Positions 8,354 to 17,557 of a stretch of DNA of 64,000 bases are shown piece by piece. The notes beneath the pieces were generated by a model, which worked only from the letters and a program-made list of their open reading frames with translations, searched no databases and was not told where the DNA came from. The position numbers were made by a program, and so were the translations under genes. Each line of letters opens with the position of its first letter. The first letter of the stretch is position 1. The stretch spans positions 96,001 to 160,000 of the IMG/VR virus record IMGVR_UViG_3300021256_000057, one strand, 5' to 3'. Source of the DNA: a virus. Taxonomy: Duplodnaviria > Caudoviricetes.

Positions 8354-10414
8354 TTAGAATTGAATCTTAAGCACCCTTTCAGTAGCGCCGATCACCTTTA
8401 CAACAAGCTCTGCCCTCTTATCGGTAGCAAAGCCAAGTCCAGACAACTGATCATCTGTGTCAGCTACACGCATCTTGTTACTGATAGCCTGCATCACACG
8501 ACGATTCTCATTCAGCTCCTGCACAAGATACTCGTTGAAGATACCGGAGGGATTCTCATCGTTCACACAGCCATCGAGCATGAAGAACACATGCTGATGA
8601 CCTACGTTCTTCTCCGCGGTAGACCAGTGGTTAGGAGAGTACATGATGCTTGTAACAGGTACAAACTTGTTGGTGTCGATAGACCACTTTGTCTTGCTGG
8701 CAACCCTTGTGTTATCAATTGCAGGGATGATCGAGAAGTTACCAGACTCATCAAGGAGAACATCTGCAACTACAACATCTTCATGGTATCTCATAGAATG
8801 CGGATAGTCGAAACTGTAGATCTCACCATCCATCTCGATCTCTGCGCGAAATCCATGCATTACAGATCCGCTAAACTGATTTACATAGAAGCTGTACACG
8901 CCAGGTGTCATTCGAGACTTGTTAGGCCATGTAATATTCTCTACGGCTGTCTTATCGACACCGCGAACATCAGATCTGGGATCGATAATGTCAACATCGA
9001 GATTTCCACCTGTCTTATAATCCTCCTTAGCGCCAAAGTAGATCTCAGCGCCATCAGGTGTACGAGCATGTGCATCAAGGTCATAGCTATCGTCCTGACT
9101 CTCGTTCCACTTGATAGAGAAGCGCAGAGCACCCTCTACATTACCACCGAACGACTTTACCTTTTCCTTGAAACTGTCGGTAACGTTGCCTGTGTACGCC
9201 CAGGAGAAGTTATTGCCCCACTTAAACATAGACTTGCTATCCTTGTTTACAGGAGCGATAAGAGATACAAAGTTACCAGAGTGCTTATTCTCGACATACG
9301 CTTCGATTCTTGTTGCAGTAGGGACGATGTCCTTGATGAACTTTTCAATAGAGACTGTTTCCACTCTATCAAACTTTTTGGGTTTGGTAGTAACATCCTT
9401 TGCAAGTGCATCAAAGATGGTTTCAGCTCCTTTGATCCGGTGTGCAGCAGAGCGGTCTGTAAAGAGGATGTCATTCACAGTGATGTCATCCAGAGTAGAA
9501 AACCGCCTAGGCAGAGAGTCCATATAGCCCATGTCAGTGATCTTCTTCTCAGCATCCTTTCGCATCCGCTCTGTGAAGATAGGCTTAGGATGCTTGTATA
9601 CCGTAGGATCTGTGATAGCTTCGTAATTCCTTACTGCATCCTCAAGATCCCTGCCGTTGCTGATGTCAATAAGAAGTACGCCGATCGAATGATTCTTGAT
9701 ACGGACAACTGGTGTATTAGCCAGCTTCGTGGAAGTGTACCATGCGTACAGATCTTTATGCCGTGAATCGAAGTTATCATACTCTGTTCTACACCACCAG
9801 AGCCTCTCAAGTGCCTTTTTCCACTCATTACCTCTATAGATAGAGTTGTCAGCGATCAGCTCCAAAACGGTATCGATCGCATCGATGCTGATCTCCTCTA
9901 GAGATCGCTTGAATACTTCCTTGGACGTTCTGAGTTCATTCAGTTTTGTGTTCTTCTCATCCGATCTTACGACATGCTTGCCAGCTAGGTCAATGAAGAA
10001 ATGATCGAATCTGAAATGGCTTACCTTTTCCAGAATCTCGAAGTTATGATGGCATCCGATCTTACTGAATGATGACAGGAATACATCACGAACATCATGC
10101 CTATGGACGAACTCAGACATTGCCTTGATAACAGGTCCATAGGTTTCATCATCGATATCGAAGTCCCAAATGGATACCATTTCACTTCCGATGATAGCTA
10201 CAACAGCTCCGATGTTCTTGATGAAGCCGCGGCAGCAAGAGCAGTCATGCTCTGTTCTTGTACGGAAGATCTTGTTTGTACCCTTTGGGAACGAACTGAG
10301 ATAGGTGTTCCACATCTCATCCTTGTTGACACCCACCTCAAAGAGGTAGTTTTGGTCGCGCATGACCTCATCAAAGTGCTTGATGAGCATGTCCCTCATT
10401 TCTGTAAACAGCAT
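8354..10414 (-). CDS. Conserved large phage protein with C-terminal YfaP/DUF2135-like region
   Basis: HDCSCCRGFI N-terminal motif; LRFSIKW..DLDAH..GGNLDVD..AVENITW. Confidence 0.7.
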   Translation of the reverse strand: MLFTEMRDMLIKHFDEVMRDQNYLFEVGVNKDEMWNTYLSSFPKGTNKIFRTRTEHDCSCCRGFIKNIGAVVAIIGSEMVSIWDFDIDDETYGPVIKAMSEFVHRHDVRDVFLSSFSKIGCHHNFEILEKVSHFRFDHFFIDLAGKHVVRSDEKNTKLNELRTSKEVFKRSLEEISIDAIDTVLELIADNSIYRGNEWKKALERLWWCRTEYDNFDSRHKDLYAWYTSTKLANTPVVRIKNHSIGVLLIDISNGRDLEDAVRNYEAITDPTVYKHPKPIFTERMRKDAEKKITDMGYMDSLPRRFSTLDDITVNDILFTDRSAAHRIKGAETIFDALAKDVTTKPKKFDRVETVSIEKFIKDIVPTATRIEAYVENKHSGNFVSLIAPVNKDSKSMFKWGNNFSWAYTGNVTDSFKEKVKSFGGNVEGALRFSIKWNESQDDSYDLDAHARTPDGAEIYFGAKEDYKTGGNLDVDIIDPRSDVRGVDKTAVENITWPNKSRMTPGVYSFYVNQFSGSVMHGFRAEIEMDGEIYSFDYPHSMRYHEDVVVADVLLDESGNFSIIPAIDNTRVASKTKWSIDTNKFVPVTSIMYSPNHWSTAEKNVGHQHVFFMLDGCVNDENPSGIFNEYLVQELNENRRVMQAISNKMRVADTDDQLSGLGFATDKRAELVVKVIGATERVLKIQF

Positions 10415-10429
10415 TGAATTAGCCCTCCA

Positions 10430-10621
10430 TTATAGTTTTTTCGCATATTTGATTGTGATAGTATTAACTGACTTTAAATACGAAACTGTCACCTCGTAAC
10501 CATTGCTGATCAACATATGGACGATGTCTTGATAGCCTTTTTCGTATTCGATCCTCATAACCCCTTGATCTTTTTCCATTGTTTCACCTCCTATCATTTG
10601 ATCATGTTCTTTATGATGCAC
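10430..10621 (-). CDS. Small hypothetical protein (start likely 10579)
   Basis: RBS AGGAGG before MEKDQG; operon packing. Confidence 0.55.
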   Translation of the reverse strand: MHHKEHDQMIGGETMEKDQGVMRIEYEKGYQDIVHMLISNGYEVTVSYLKSVNTITIKYAKKL

Positions 10622-11547
10622 ATCACAGTCCTTGAACAGATCTTACTGAAATTATCTACATTGTCTACAGTCTCCGGCTCTTCCTTGATGCAGTCATCGT
10701 ATACGAGCTTTGGAGCTGTTTTAGCAATAATTCCAAGGTCGTGTTCGTCCCATTCTTCACGGAGCTGCCCTGCATCTATCATCTTCTCGATGATCTTTGA
10801 TACTCTCCGCTCAGTAATGATCGTAGCGGCCAGCTCCTTATCTGCTTGCTCCTTTGCAGCTACATCAGGATCCTTTGGTGCTTTGGACTTGTGTGCCTTT
10901 GTCTCTGCAAACTCATCCGTTACGATTTTAACGTAGATAGGTCTATCACTGTTAGTAGGTAGTCCAAGTCTATCTTGAGACTTGATGACAATGCCCTCAC
11001 CAGTAGGCTCTGCATCAAGATGTGTTACACCACAAAAGCGGCTTACATCATCCCATCCAGTAAACTTACAAACATCAAGAACTGGTACAAAGTTGATGTG
11101 TGTGCAACCGCATACTCTTTGCAGTGCCTTGTACATAGCATTTGCATCCTCGATAGAGATGTACTGTTCTGTATCACAGTCCCATACATCAAACATGTAG
11201 AACTTATAGTATCTGTTATCTGGATACTTGATCGTATGCGGTGCGAGCCACTCACCAAATATGATATATCTTCCATACTCTGTGATCTCATTCAGACGTG
11301 TAGCAGGGATCTGCTGTGCCCACTCGTAGAAGCCGCGAAGAGGTTTATCTTCGGATAGCTCCGTGTTTCGGGAAAACGCCTTTACAATGCAGTTACCATC
11401 ATCATCTACATTGGTAGTAAACGATGCGTTAGCCCCATCGACCTTTTCCTCGATGACGATATTCTCACCGATTGCAAATGCATCTTTGTACTTATCCTTG
11501 AGACGTTCGATGTCCATATACTTCTTCATTTGTGTTACCTCACTCAA
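10594..11547 (-). CDS. RNA ligase, Rnl2 family
   Basis: Motifs I EEKVDGAN, III IFGEW, IIIa MFDVW, IV EGIVIK, V VKIV. Confidence 0.88.
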   Translation of the reverse strand: MSEVTQMKKYMDIERLKDKYKDAFAIGENIVIEEKVDGANASFTTNVDDDGNCIVKAFSRNTELSEDKPLRGFYEWAQQIPATRLNEITEYGRYIIFGEWLAPHTIKYPDNRYYKFYMFDVWDCDTEQYISIEDANAMYKALQRVCGCTHINFVPVLDVCKFTGWDDVSRFCGVTHLDAEPTGEGIVIKSQDRLGLPTNSDRPIYVKIVTDEFAETKAHKSKAPKDPDVAAKEQADKELAATIITERRVSKIIEKMIDAGQLREEWDEHDLGIIAKTAPKLVYDDCIKEEPETVDNVDNFSKICSRTVMCIIKNMIK

Positions 11548-12268
11548 AAGTTATTCTGCTCTCGATGTAGTCTCTATCCTGCGTAAATATCGGTGTTTCG
11601 TAGTCGATCGACCATCCAAAATCCGACTTAACACAGCAGGCGCCTCTCTTTTGATAGTTGGAGAAGTCCATTCCCCAATTGATGCCTTTCTCTTGGAACA
11701 ACTTCTCTTGGATCTCATCCATGTTAAGACCGTGCATCTCTTTCTCAGAGAAGTTAGCGTGTCCCACGGACTGGATAGAGTTTCTGGTTGCATCCTGCTG
11801 TCTCCAGATAAGATAGTTTGTAACCTCGTCCCTTGGTAGCGTAAATGCTCTTGCATCAAATGTAGCACCAAGTGCAATAGCTTCTTTGTATGGAGTTGTA
11901 TCTGAAAATACTTCGCTGGAAAACGCTCGGTTGAATGCTAATGTAGCCATACTCGCAGATACGCTCACGAGCTTTTGGAGTTCGTTTCCAAACCAAGGCT
12001 GCCTATCAATAGTCTGATAGTCACACAGTACAAAAGAAATCTCGTCAGACTGAGTGTAGCCAAGTACACACCCAGAGATGTTCTTACACAGATACTGCAT
12101 GGTACTTGTCATGCTTCTCTCGATAGTTACATCAAACGGCTTATCCATGTGTCTTGTGAACGTGTGGAACGCTCTTCCATCGATTCGGATGATAACAGGG
12201 GATCTACGCATCAGACTGATCTTGCTGCATTCCTCATACTGCTTCATTCGTTCTCCAAGTGTACTCAT
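11540..12268 (-). CDS. thg1: tRNA(His) guanylyltransferase Thg1-like (3'-5' polymerase)
   Basis: RIDGRAFHTFT, YTQSDEIS, FDAR, YLIWRQQDA.RNS. Confidence 0.93.
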   Translation of the reverse strand: MSTLGERMKQYEECSKISLMRRSPVIIRIDGRAFHTFTRHMDKPFDVTIERSMTSTMQYLCKNISGCVLGYTQSDEISFVLCDYQTIDRQPWFGNELQKLVSVSASMATLAFNRAFSSEVFSDTTPYKEAIALGATFDARAFTLPRDEVTNYLIWRQQDATRNSIQSVGHANFSEKEMHGLNMDEIQEKLFQEKGINWGMDFSNYQKRGACCVKSDFGWSIDYETPIFTQDRDYIESRITFE

Positions 12269-12283
12269 AATATCACATCCTTT

Positions 12284-12562
12284 CTACACAGAAACTTCAC
12301 GCCGACCAGCGGAGAACTCACCGATAAGATCATCCGACCGTACCCATGCAGGCTCAAACTTACCTACGCAAGAGAAGCAGAGCGGACCGGTGTAGATCTT
12401 TACGATGTCATACTCTCGTGCGCACTCATTTTTGAGAGCATCATTGTACTCCGATACCGCCCAGCATCCGCCGGACTGACCTACGAGCATACCCTTGACG
12501 ATGACACACAAGGTCTTGTCACGGAGCTGTACGAAACGTCCATCTTTCAACAAATCTTTCAT
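12284..12562 (-). CDS. Hypothetical protein
   Basis: RBS GGAGG; downstream of ACTCGTTATA at 12619-12628. Confidence 0.6.
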   Translation of the reverse strand: MKDLLKDGRFVQLRDKTLCVIVKGMLVGQSGGCWAVSEYNDALKNECAREYDIVKIYTGPLCFSCVGKFEPAWVRSDDLIGEFSAGRREVSV

Positions 12563-12642
12563 ATAATACCTCCATTTTGATATCTGTTGTATGATCGACC
12601 ATGTGATCGCTCACATACTATAACGAGTTCACATCATATGAT

Positions 12643-12930
12643 TCAGCCTACTCTATCCGCAGCACATACATTCTGTATGTACCTGTGATCGCGCTCATAG
12701 GTCTCTGTGAAATAGGCCAGTTCCTTCTCACGAAGTTCATCACGCTCGTGCTTGTAGAACTCGGTAGCAAACTTGTGTCTCTGGTAGTTACGCTCACCGA
12801 TGTAAGTCAGGACTGCACACAGCAAGCTGATGATGATGAACAGAACGTTATCAAATCCGGTCGCAGCGAATATGATAGAGTTTACGATGCTGATGATGAC
12901 GGTCAGCCGGTGCCACATAAAATGTTTCAT
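12643..12930 (-). CDS. Small two-TM membrane protein
   Basis: Two hydrophobic segments at the N-terminus. Confidence 0.55.
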   Translation of the reverse strand: MKHFMWHRLTVIISIVNSIIFAATGFDNVLFIIISLLCAVLTYIGERNYQRHKFATEFYKHERDELREKELAYFTETYERDHRYIQNVCAADRVG

Positions 12931-13592
12931 TTCGATACTTTCCTTTCTCTTGGTGGTGTTGTCAAAGCATCACTGAGATCCCACCCTCTCTCAATGCGCT
13001 TGCAGAACAATGTATTGGAGATGTTATAAGCTGCACACATCTCTGATTGGCTATCATAATGATTTCCAAAATGGTCTGTCGCTGGCTTTGTTAATGGTCT
13101 TGTCTCTTTTGTTAAGGCGTCCGCCTTTGACCAGTTCAACTTAATACGGCATGCATATTGCACTGGTTTTACACCGTAATGATCACACATAGACTTAATT
13201 GATGGGAACTGATTTCCTAAATGATCTTGTGTTGGTGTCCCCTTATGCCCCCGGTGTTTCTTGTATGTTCGCTTCCTGAAATGCCATTTTTCTGCGCTAA
13301 ATGCTTCTTCAATGGTAGCGCCTTGTTTTAGACGATATACCACTGTACCACGATTGATGCCGAGATTATTGCAAGCATCAGTGATAGATGCATATACACA
13401 TCCATTGACTGTTACTAGATCTGATACGCATGGTTTTCTTCTATACGATGCATGTCTAATGCATCGTTCTACTGCGGCATCTACAGAGTATCCATCCTTT
13501 AGTTGTCGAAGGAATAAATAGTATTTGATGCCATATTCTTGACACAGCTCCATTGCGGAGGCATATGTCTTATCATTATATGTGATCTTCAT
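12927..13592 (-). CDS. Protein of four tandem HTH-like DNA-binding repeats
   Basis: Repeats: YASAMELCQEYGI, YASITDACNNLGI, DHLGNQFPSIKSMCDHYGV, DHFGNHYDSQSEMCAAYNI, each followed by a GW/GY...AL-type segment. Confidence 0.7.
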   Translation of the reverse strand: MKITYNDKTYASAMELCQEYGIKYYLFLRQLKDGYSVDAAVERCIRHASYRRKPCVSDLVTVNGCVYASITDACNNLGINRGTVVYRLKQGATIEEAFSAEKWHFRKRTYKKHRGHKGTPTQDHLGNQFPSIKSMCDHYGVKPVQYACRIKLNWSKADALTKETRPLTKPATDHFGNHYDSQSEMCAAYNISNTLFCKRIERGWDLSDALTTPPRERKVSK

Positions 13593-14041
13593 GCAGTTTC
13601 CTCCCCTAGTGACAACATCAGTCTTGCACCATAGGTAGGATACTCAGGATCCAGACCGCCCACGATGCGAAACCTCGATAGTTCAACGTTCATACCTTTG
13701 TCGAGGAGGGTGGCTACTACTGCTGCCACTTTTGCAGGCAGATAACCGATCTTAGCACGATACTTGCTATGTACTACTGCGTATACAGCTACCGCATTAG
13801 AATCGTACTCGTTGGACTTCTCACGGCAGAGCTGAACTGCCACATCAGGATAGCATACAGCTACCTTATGCAGGACACGCTGACGGTTCTCGAACGTAAC
13901 ACCAGCGACCCTAGTCTCGATGTTATCGGCCTTGATAAGTCTCCATGCGGTACGCATCGCATTGCTCTGCACATATCCGCACTTGTGAAACAGATAGTTC
14001 GCGATCATCATGACCTTTCTGCGCATCTCCTTAGTGATCAT
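13589..14041 (-). CDS. HIRAN-domain protein
   Basis: VAGVTFENRQ...LCREKSNEYDSNAVAV...KIGYLP. Confidence 0.88.
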   Translation of the reverse strand: MITKEMRRKVMMIANYLFHKCGYVQSNAMRTAWRLIKADNIETRVAGVTFENRQRVLHKVAVCYPDVAVQLCREKSNEYDSNAVAVYAVVHSKYRAKIGYLPAKVAAVVATLLDKGMNVELSRFRIVGGLDPEYPTYGARLMLSLGEETA

Positions 14042-14092
14042 GTTTTCTCCTCCTCTCAGAATATATAACGAGTGACGGTATTAAAATTCAAA

Positions 14093-14250
14093 TTTGGTAT
14101 TTGACTTGTGTTTCTTGGTTATCTCCATCCTTCTTCTACAGTATACCACACATCAAATCATTTGTCAATGTCTGCAAACACATTTGACTATGTTATCTGG
14201 CAAAATCGTAACTTTGCACAAAACATATCAAATGATATTGTTTATATTGC
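14093..14250 (-). repeat. Repeated ~160-bp early-promoter module, copy 1
   Basis: Shares GGTATTTGACTTGT, TTGGTTATC, CATTTGTCAA, CATTTGA, TTTGCACAA, ATCAAATGATATT with 19759-19908 and partly 55612-55755; contains minus-strand TTGACA-17-TATACT. Confidence 0.75.
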
Positions 14251-14316
14251 CAAAAACAACTCAAATGCTTGCATCTATTGAATAATTCTGATATAATAAT
14301 AGGAGGAGGTGGTCAT

Positions 14317-14613
14317 ATGGCAATCACAGAATTGTTGAAAACACTTAGGGTAAAAAAGGGATACACGATGAAGCAGGTCGCAGAGCTGTGTGGTATGCAT
14401 GAACAGGTATATCGCAACTATGAAAATGGTGCTCGAAACCCAGGTGTTCCGGCTCTCTGCAAATTTGCAGATTTGTATGGTGTAACAGTAGACTTCTTGC
14501 TGGGTCGTGAGAGTAAGGATGCAGATGTGTCTAATGACAAGTATGTCAATCTACCAGATGAGGTCAAGTGCATCATAGATGCGATAGTGGATTATGCAAA
14601 TAACAAATCATAA
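14317..14613 (+). CDS. XRE-family HTH regulator
   Basis: LKTLRVKKGYTMKQVAELCG...YENGARNP...FADLYGVTVDFLLGR; RBS AGGAGGAGG. Confidence 0.9.
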   Translation: MAITELLKTLRVKKGYTMKQVAELCGMHEQVYRNYENGARNPGVPALCKFADLYGVTVDFLLGRESKDADVSNDKYVNLPDEVKCIIDAIVDYANNKS

Positions 14614-14841
14614 GGACAGCTCCGATGTAGATCTGCACGAGCAGCTTGTTCGGACGGTAGCTGGTACACTAGCTATCGAGGGCATCGAGCTGAGTGAGAA
14701 CAGCAAGCGTAACCTAGAGAGATACGCAAACGGTGAAGCCGATGCACAGCAACTGCTTGAAATGGGGTCAACCGCAATCCCACCGGATTTAGACGGTGGG
14801 TTAAGGTTGACAAATGGTATCAAAAATGATATACTGTAATT

Positions 14842-15246
14842 ATGAATAAATGGAAATAAAAAAACAGACATAAATATTTGTTGCAGTATCATGTGATATT
14901 TGTTTGTAAATACAGAAAGAAATTACTTTCAGCAAAAGAAATTTCAGATGATATAAAGCGATTGTCTTGCGAAATATGTCAAAAACATAATATAACTATC
15001 AAATATATGTGGACAGATAAAGACCATATACATTACATGATAGAAACAGAACCAACAATTTCGATAAGTAAATCTGTAAATTTAATGAAAAGTTATACAA
15101 CGTATCACATTTGGCAAAATCATAGTTATTATCTGTCAAAACATTTTTGGAAAGAACGTACATTTTGGACTGACGGATATTTTGTTTGCAGCGTTGGAAA
15201 TGTATCGGAGAAAATACTCAAATAGTATGTAGAAAATCAAGGATAA
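14842..15246 (+). pseudogene. tnpA: TnpA Y1 (HUH) transposase with two nonsense codons
   Basis: MNKWK*KNRHKYLLQYHVIFVCKYR...DHIH...KILK*YVENQG; stops TAA 14857-59 and TAG 15223-25, the latter directly before the catalytic Tyr. Confidence 0.88.
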
Positions 15247-15261
15247 GGGGGTGGGCAGTAA

Positions 15262-16359
15262 ATGTTAAAAGCATACAAATACAGAATATATCCAAATAAA
15301 GAACAGATGATGCAGATTATAAAGACATTTGGCTGCTGCCGATTTGTATATAATCAAATTCTGGCCTATCGAAAAAATCAATACGAAACAGAAAAGAAGA
15401 GCATGAGTAAAACTGCCTGTAACAATTACTGCAATCAAGTATTAAAAGCACAGTATGAGTGGCTGAAAGATGTGGATAAATTTGCCTTGACAAATGCGAT
15501 TTACGATATGGATACAGCTTATCAAAAATTTTTCAGAGAGCACACAGGTTATCCAAGATTCAAAAGCAGACACAATAAAAGAAAGTCATATACAACAAAT
15601 TTTACAAATAATAATATAGAAGTATTTGATAACAGCGTAAAGCTGCCGTATCTGAAAAATGTAAAAGCAAAAATACACCGAAAGTTTTCAGGTCAAATAA
15701 AATCTGCAACGATTTCACAAACACCAAGCGGAAAGTATTTTGTATCTGTTCTTGTAGAAACTGAACATAATGCACTTGCACATACTGATAAGAACATCGG
15801 AATTGATTTAGGAATAAAAGATTTGTGCATTACTTCCGACGGCAAAAAATATGAAAATCCTAAAACTTTGCGTAAATATGAGAAAAGGCTTGTAAAAGAA
15901 CAGCGGAAACTTGCACACAAGAAAAAATTAAGCAAGAACAGAGAAAAACAAAGAATCAGAGTGGCAAGACTTCACGAAAAAATAACAAATATCAGAAAAG
16001 ATTATCTGCATAAAATTTCTCATGAGATTATTAGCGAAAACAAAGTGATAGTTTCTGAAAATTTGCAGATAAGCAATATGATAAAAAATCATCATCTTGC
16101 AAAAAGCATAGCAGATGCATCATGGTATGAACTTACAAGGCAACTGGAATACAAGGCTTTATGGAACAACAGACAGTATGTAAAAGTTGATACGTTTTAT
16201 GCAAGCAGTCAGTTATGTTCCTGTTGCGGCTATCAGAATCCCAAAACCAAGGATTCATCTGTAAGAAATTGGATATGTCCAAACTGTGGAGAAAATCATG
16301 ACAGAGATATCAATGCTGCTAAAAATATACTTTCAGAAGGATTAAGGCTGTTAGCCTAA
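15262..16359 (+). CDS. tnpB: TnpB RNA-guided nuclease (IS605 type), RuvC residues intact
   Basis: [32 protein letters not shown] Zn finger, [10 protein letters not shown]. Confidence 0.95.
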   Translation: MLKAYKYRIYPNKEQMMQIIKTFGCCRFVYNQILAYRKNQYETEKKSMSKTACNNYCNQVLKAQYEWLKDVDKFALTNAIYDMDTAYQKFFREHTGYPRFKSRHNKRKSYTTNFTNNNIEVFDNSVKLPYLKNVKAKIHRKFSGQIKSATISQTPSGKYFVSVLVETEHNALAHTDKNIGIDLGIKDLCITSDGKKYENPKTLRKYEKRLVKEQRKLAHKKKLSKNREKQRIRVARLHEKITNIRKDYLHKISHEIISENKVIVSENLQISNMIKNHHLAKSIADASWYELTRQLEYKALWNNRQYVKVDTFYASSQLCSCCGYQNPKTKDSSVRNWICPNCGENHDRDINAAKNILSEGLRLLA

Positions 16360-16488
16360 AATAGTACGATATAGGGCAGGGACTGTCCGAATTTACGCCT
16401 GTGGAGTTAGTAGGTTACGAGGACTATGAAACAGGAAGCCCATTGGCTTTAGACAATGGGTAGTTCACGAGATCAAGAACCGATACAA
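16340..16488 (+). ncRNA. Predicted omegaRNA/reRNA of the IS605 TnpB (boundaries approximate); guide about GAGATCAAGAACCGATACAA
   Basis: Position between tnpB 3' end and right end; established TnpB architecture. Confidence 0.55.
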
Positions 16489-16500
16489 ACAATAACAAAA

Positions 16501-16527
16501 CGGAGCTGCACGACATGTACAGCTCCG
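16501..16527. terminator. Bidirectional hairpin CGGAGCTG...CAGCTCCG
   Basis: Inverted repeat between convergent genes, A/T runs on both sides. Confidence 0.65.
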
Positions 16528-16533
16528 ATTTCT

Positions 16534-17547
16534 TTATTTTACTTTGTGGCTTGTAACATCGATCTCACCAGCAGCTCCATTTACGAAGCACTCCGATACC
16601 CATTTCACAACAAGTTCTTTGCTATCTCTCTTACCTACCCAGTACCGATGCCAATGTGCTCGGCGTAGATGCGGTCTAACTGTGCCGGTAGATTCTGTAT
16701 GGTCTCTAGATGCACCGAGACTTCCCTTTGTCCACTTACGGAATGCAGCTCCAAATCGTTCGCCTACATGATACTCTCTACCAGGTTTATTAGCTGGATC
16801 ACGATGCTTTTGTCTCTTGTAGCTTGCGTTCAGTGCTTTTGAAGTTGTAGTCTCACGGATGTCAGGAGCATATGAACACATGTATTCAAGAGTGTGCAGC
16901 AAAAGACTCCATAGTTTCTCGCGAACTTCAAAGAGATCAGGATCATCTACTCTGCTGATCTTCAATTGGCTCTCTACAAATTCTTCTGCTGTGCAGTCAA
17001 TGTCTTCATCTTTCAGGAATAGTACATGTGACGCACACATATATTCTTTGTCGAACATGTTGTGAAAAGATGCTCTGATCATCCAATAATTCCCGTACTG
17101 CTTGACGTTTACGATTCCACCTGCTACATTTGTTTTGTCGACCGCATATTGACAGTTTGCATAATCAATAGCGAATGTATCGACTGGAAGTCTTGATAGC
17201 ATGCCTTTAAGCATATTGATGTTCTGAGTGTCCATCAGTTCTTTTGTGAAATCGGAATCAAAAACGTAGATCTGCTTCTTCCTTTCCCACTGTGTATTCA
17301 GGAAATACTGATTCAGAGCACGGAACATCTGGTCGTAGCCATTCCTATCACAGTTCTTGTATACAAGATTCAGGAATCCAGTATGGTCGTGGCCATCTGC
17401 GATAGGGATTCCATTTGCCATAGCATAATAAATGTAAATAGCATCTTCCATCTCAACAGATGGTGTGGTTTTCAATATGTGGTCTGTAGCTTCAAACTTA
17501 TTCTTGAACTCTCGTATGCTGGCTCTCAGATCAAACATAGACGACAT
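16534..17547 (-). CDS. Second AcrVA2-like protein
   Basis: WERKKQIYVF, RLPVDTFAI, LEYMCSYAPDI, YHVGERFG, VRPHLRRAHWHRYWVG, ELVVKW..CFVN. Confidence 0.8.
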   Translation of the reverse strand: MSSMFDLRASIREFKNKFEATDHILKTTPSVEMEDAIYIYYAMANGIPIADGHDHTGFLNLVYKNCDRNGYDQMFRALNQYFLNTQWERKKQIYVFDSDFTKELMDTQNINMLKGMLSRLPVDTFAIDYANCQYAVDKTNVAGGIVNVKQYGNYWMIRASFHNMFDKEYMCASHVLFLKDEDIDCTAEEFVESQLKISRVDDPDLFEVREKLWSLLLHTLEYMCSYAPDIRETTTSKALNASYKRQKHRDPANKPGREYHVGERFGAAFRKWTKGSLGASRDHTESTGTVRPHLRRAHWHRYWVGKRDSKELVVKWVSECFVNGAAGEIDVTSHKVK

Positions 17548-17557
17548 CCCCCATCCG

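Larger units (their letters stand above)
14762..16468 (+). mobile_element. IS200/IS605-family insertion sequence (non-autonomous)
   Basis: Left hairpin CCCACCG..CGGTGGG, right hairpin CCCATTG..CAATGGG ending TAGTTCAC; no TSD; inserted 3' of TTGAA; visibly AT-richer than its flanks. Confidence 0.9.
14594..16495 (+). pseudogene. VbhA-like (Fic-inhibiting) antitoxin split by an IS200/IS605 element
   Basis: Joining 14594-14761 to 16469-16495 gives ...VRTVAGTLAIEGIELSENSKRNLERYANGEADAQQLLE|EIKNRYKQ*, in frame, with a (S/T/G)xxxEG motif. Confidence 0.72.

Noticed and set aside
8360-9766. Long + strand ORFs (468 aa here; also 7301-7873, 18687-19541, 39707-40591, 56027-56668)
   Set aside because: They are antisense shadows of well-supported minus-strand genes, with no recognisable motifs or RBS.
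16469-16488. TnpB guides retargeted to other phage genes in the window
   Set aside because: I saw no second match to either predicted guide; both simply equal the insertion-site flank. A whole-genome and host search is still needed.
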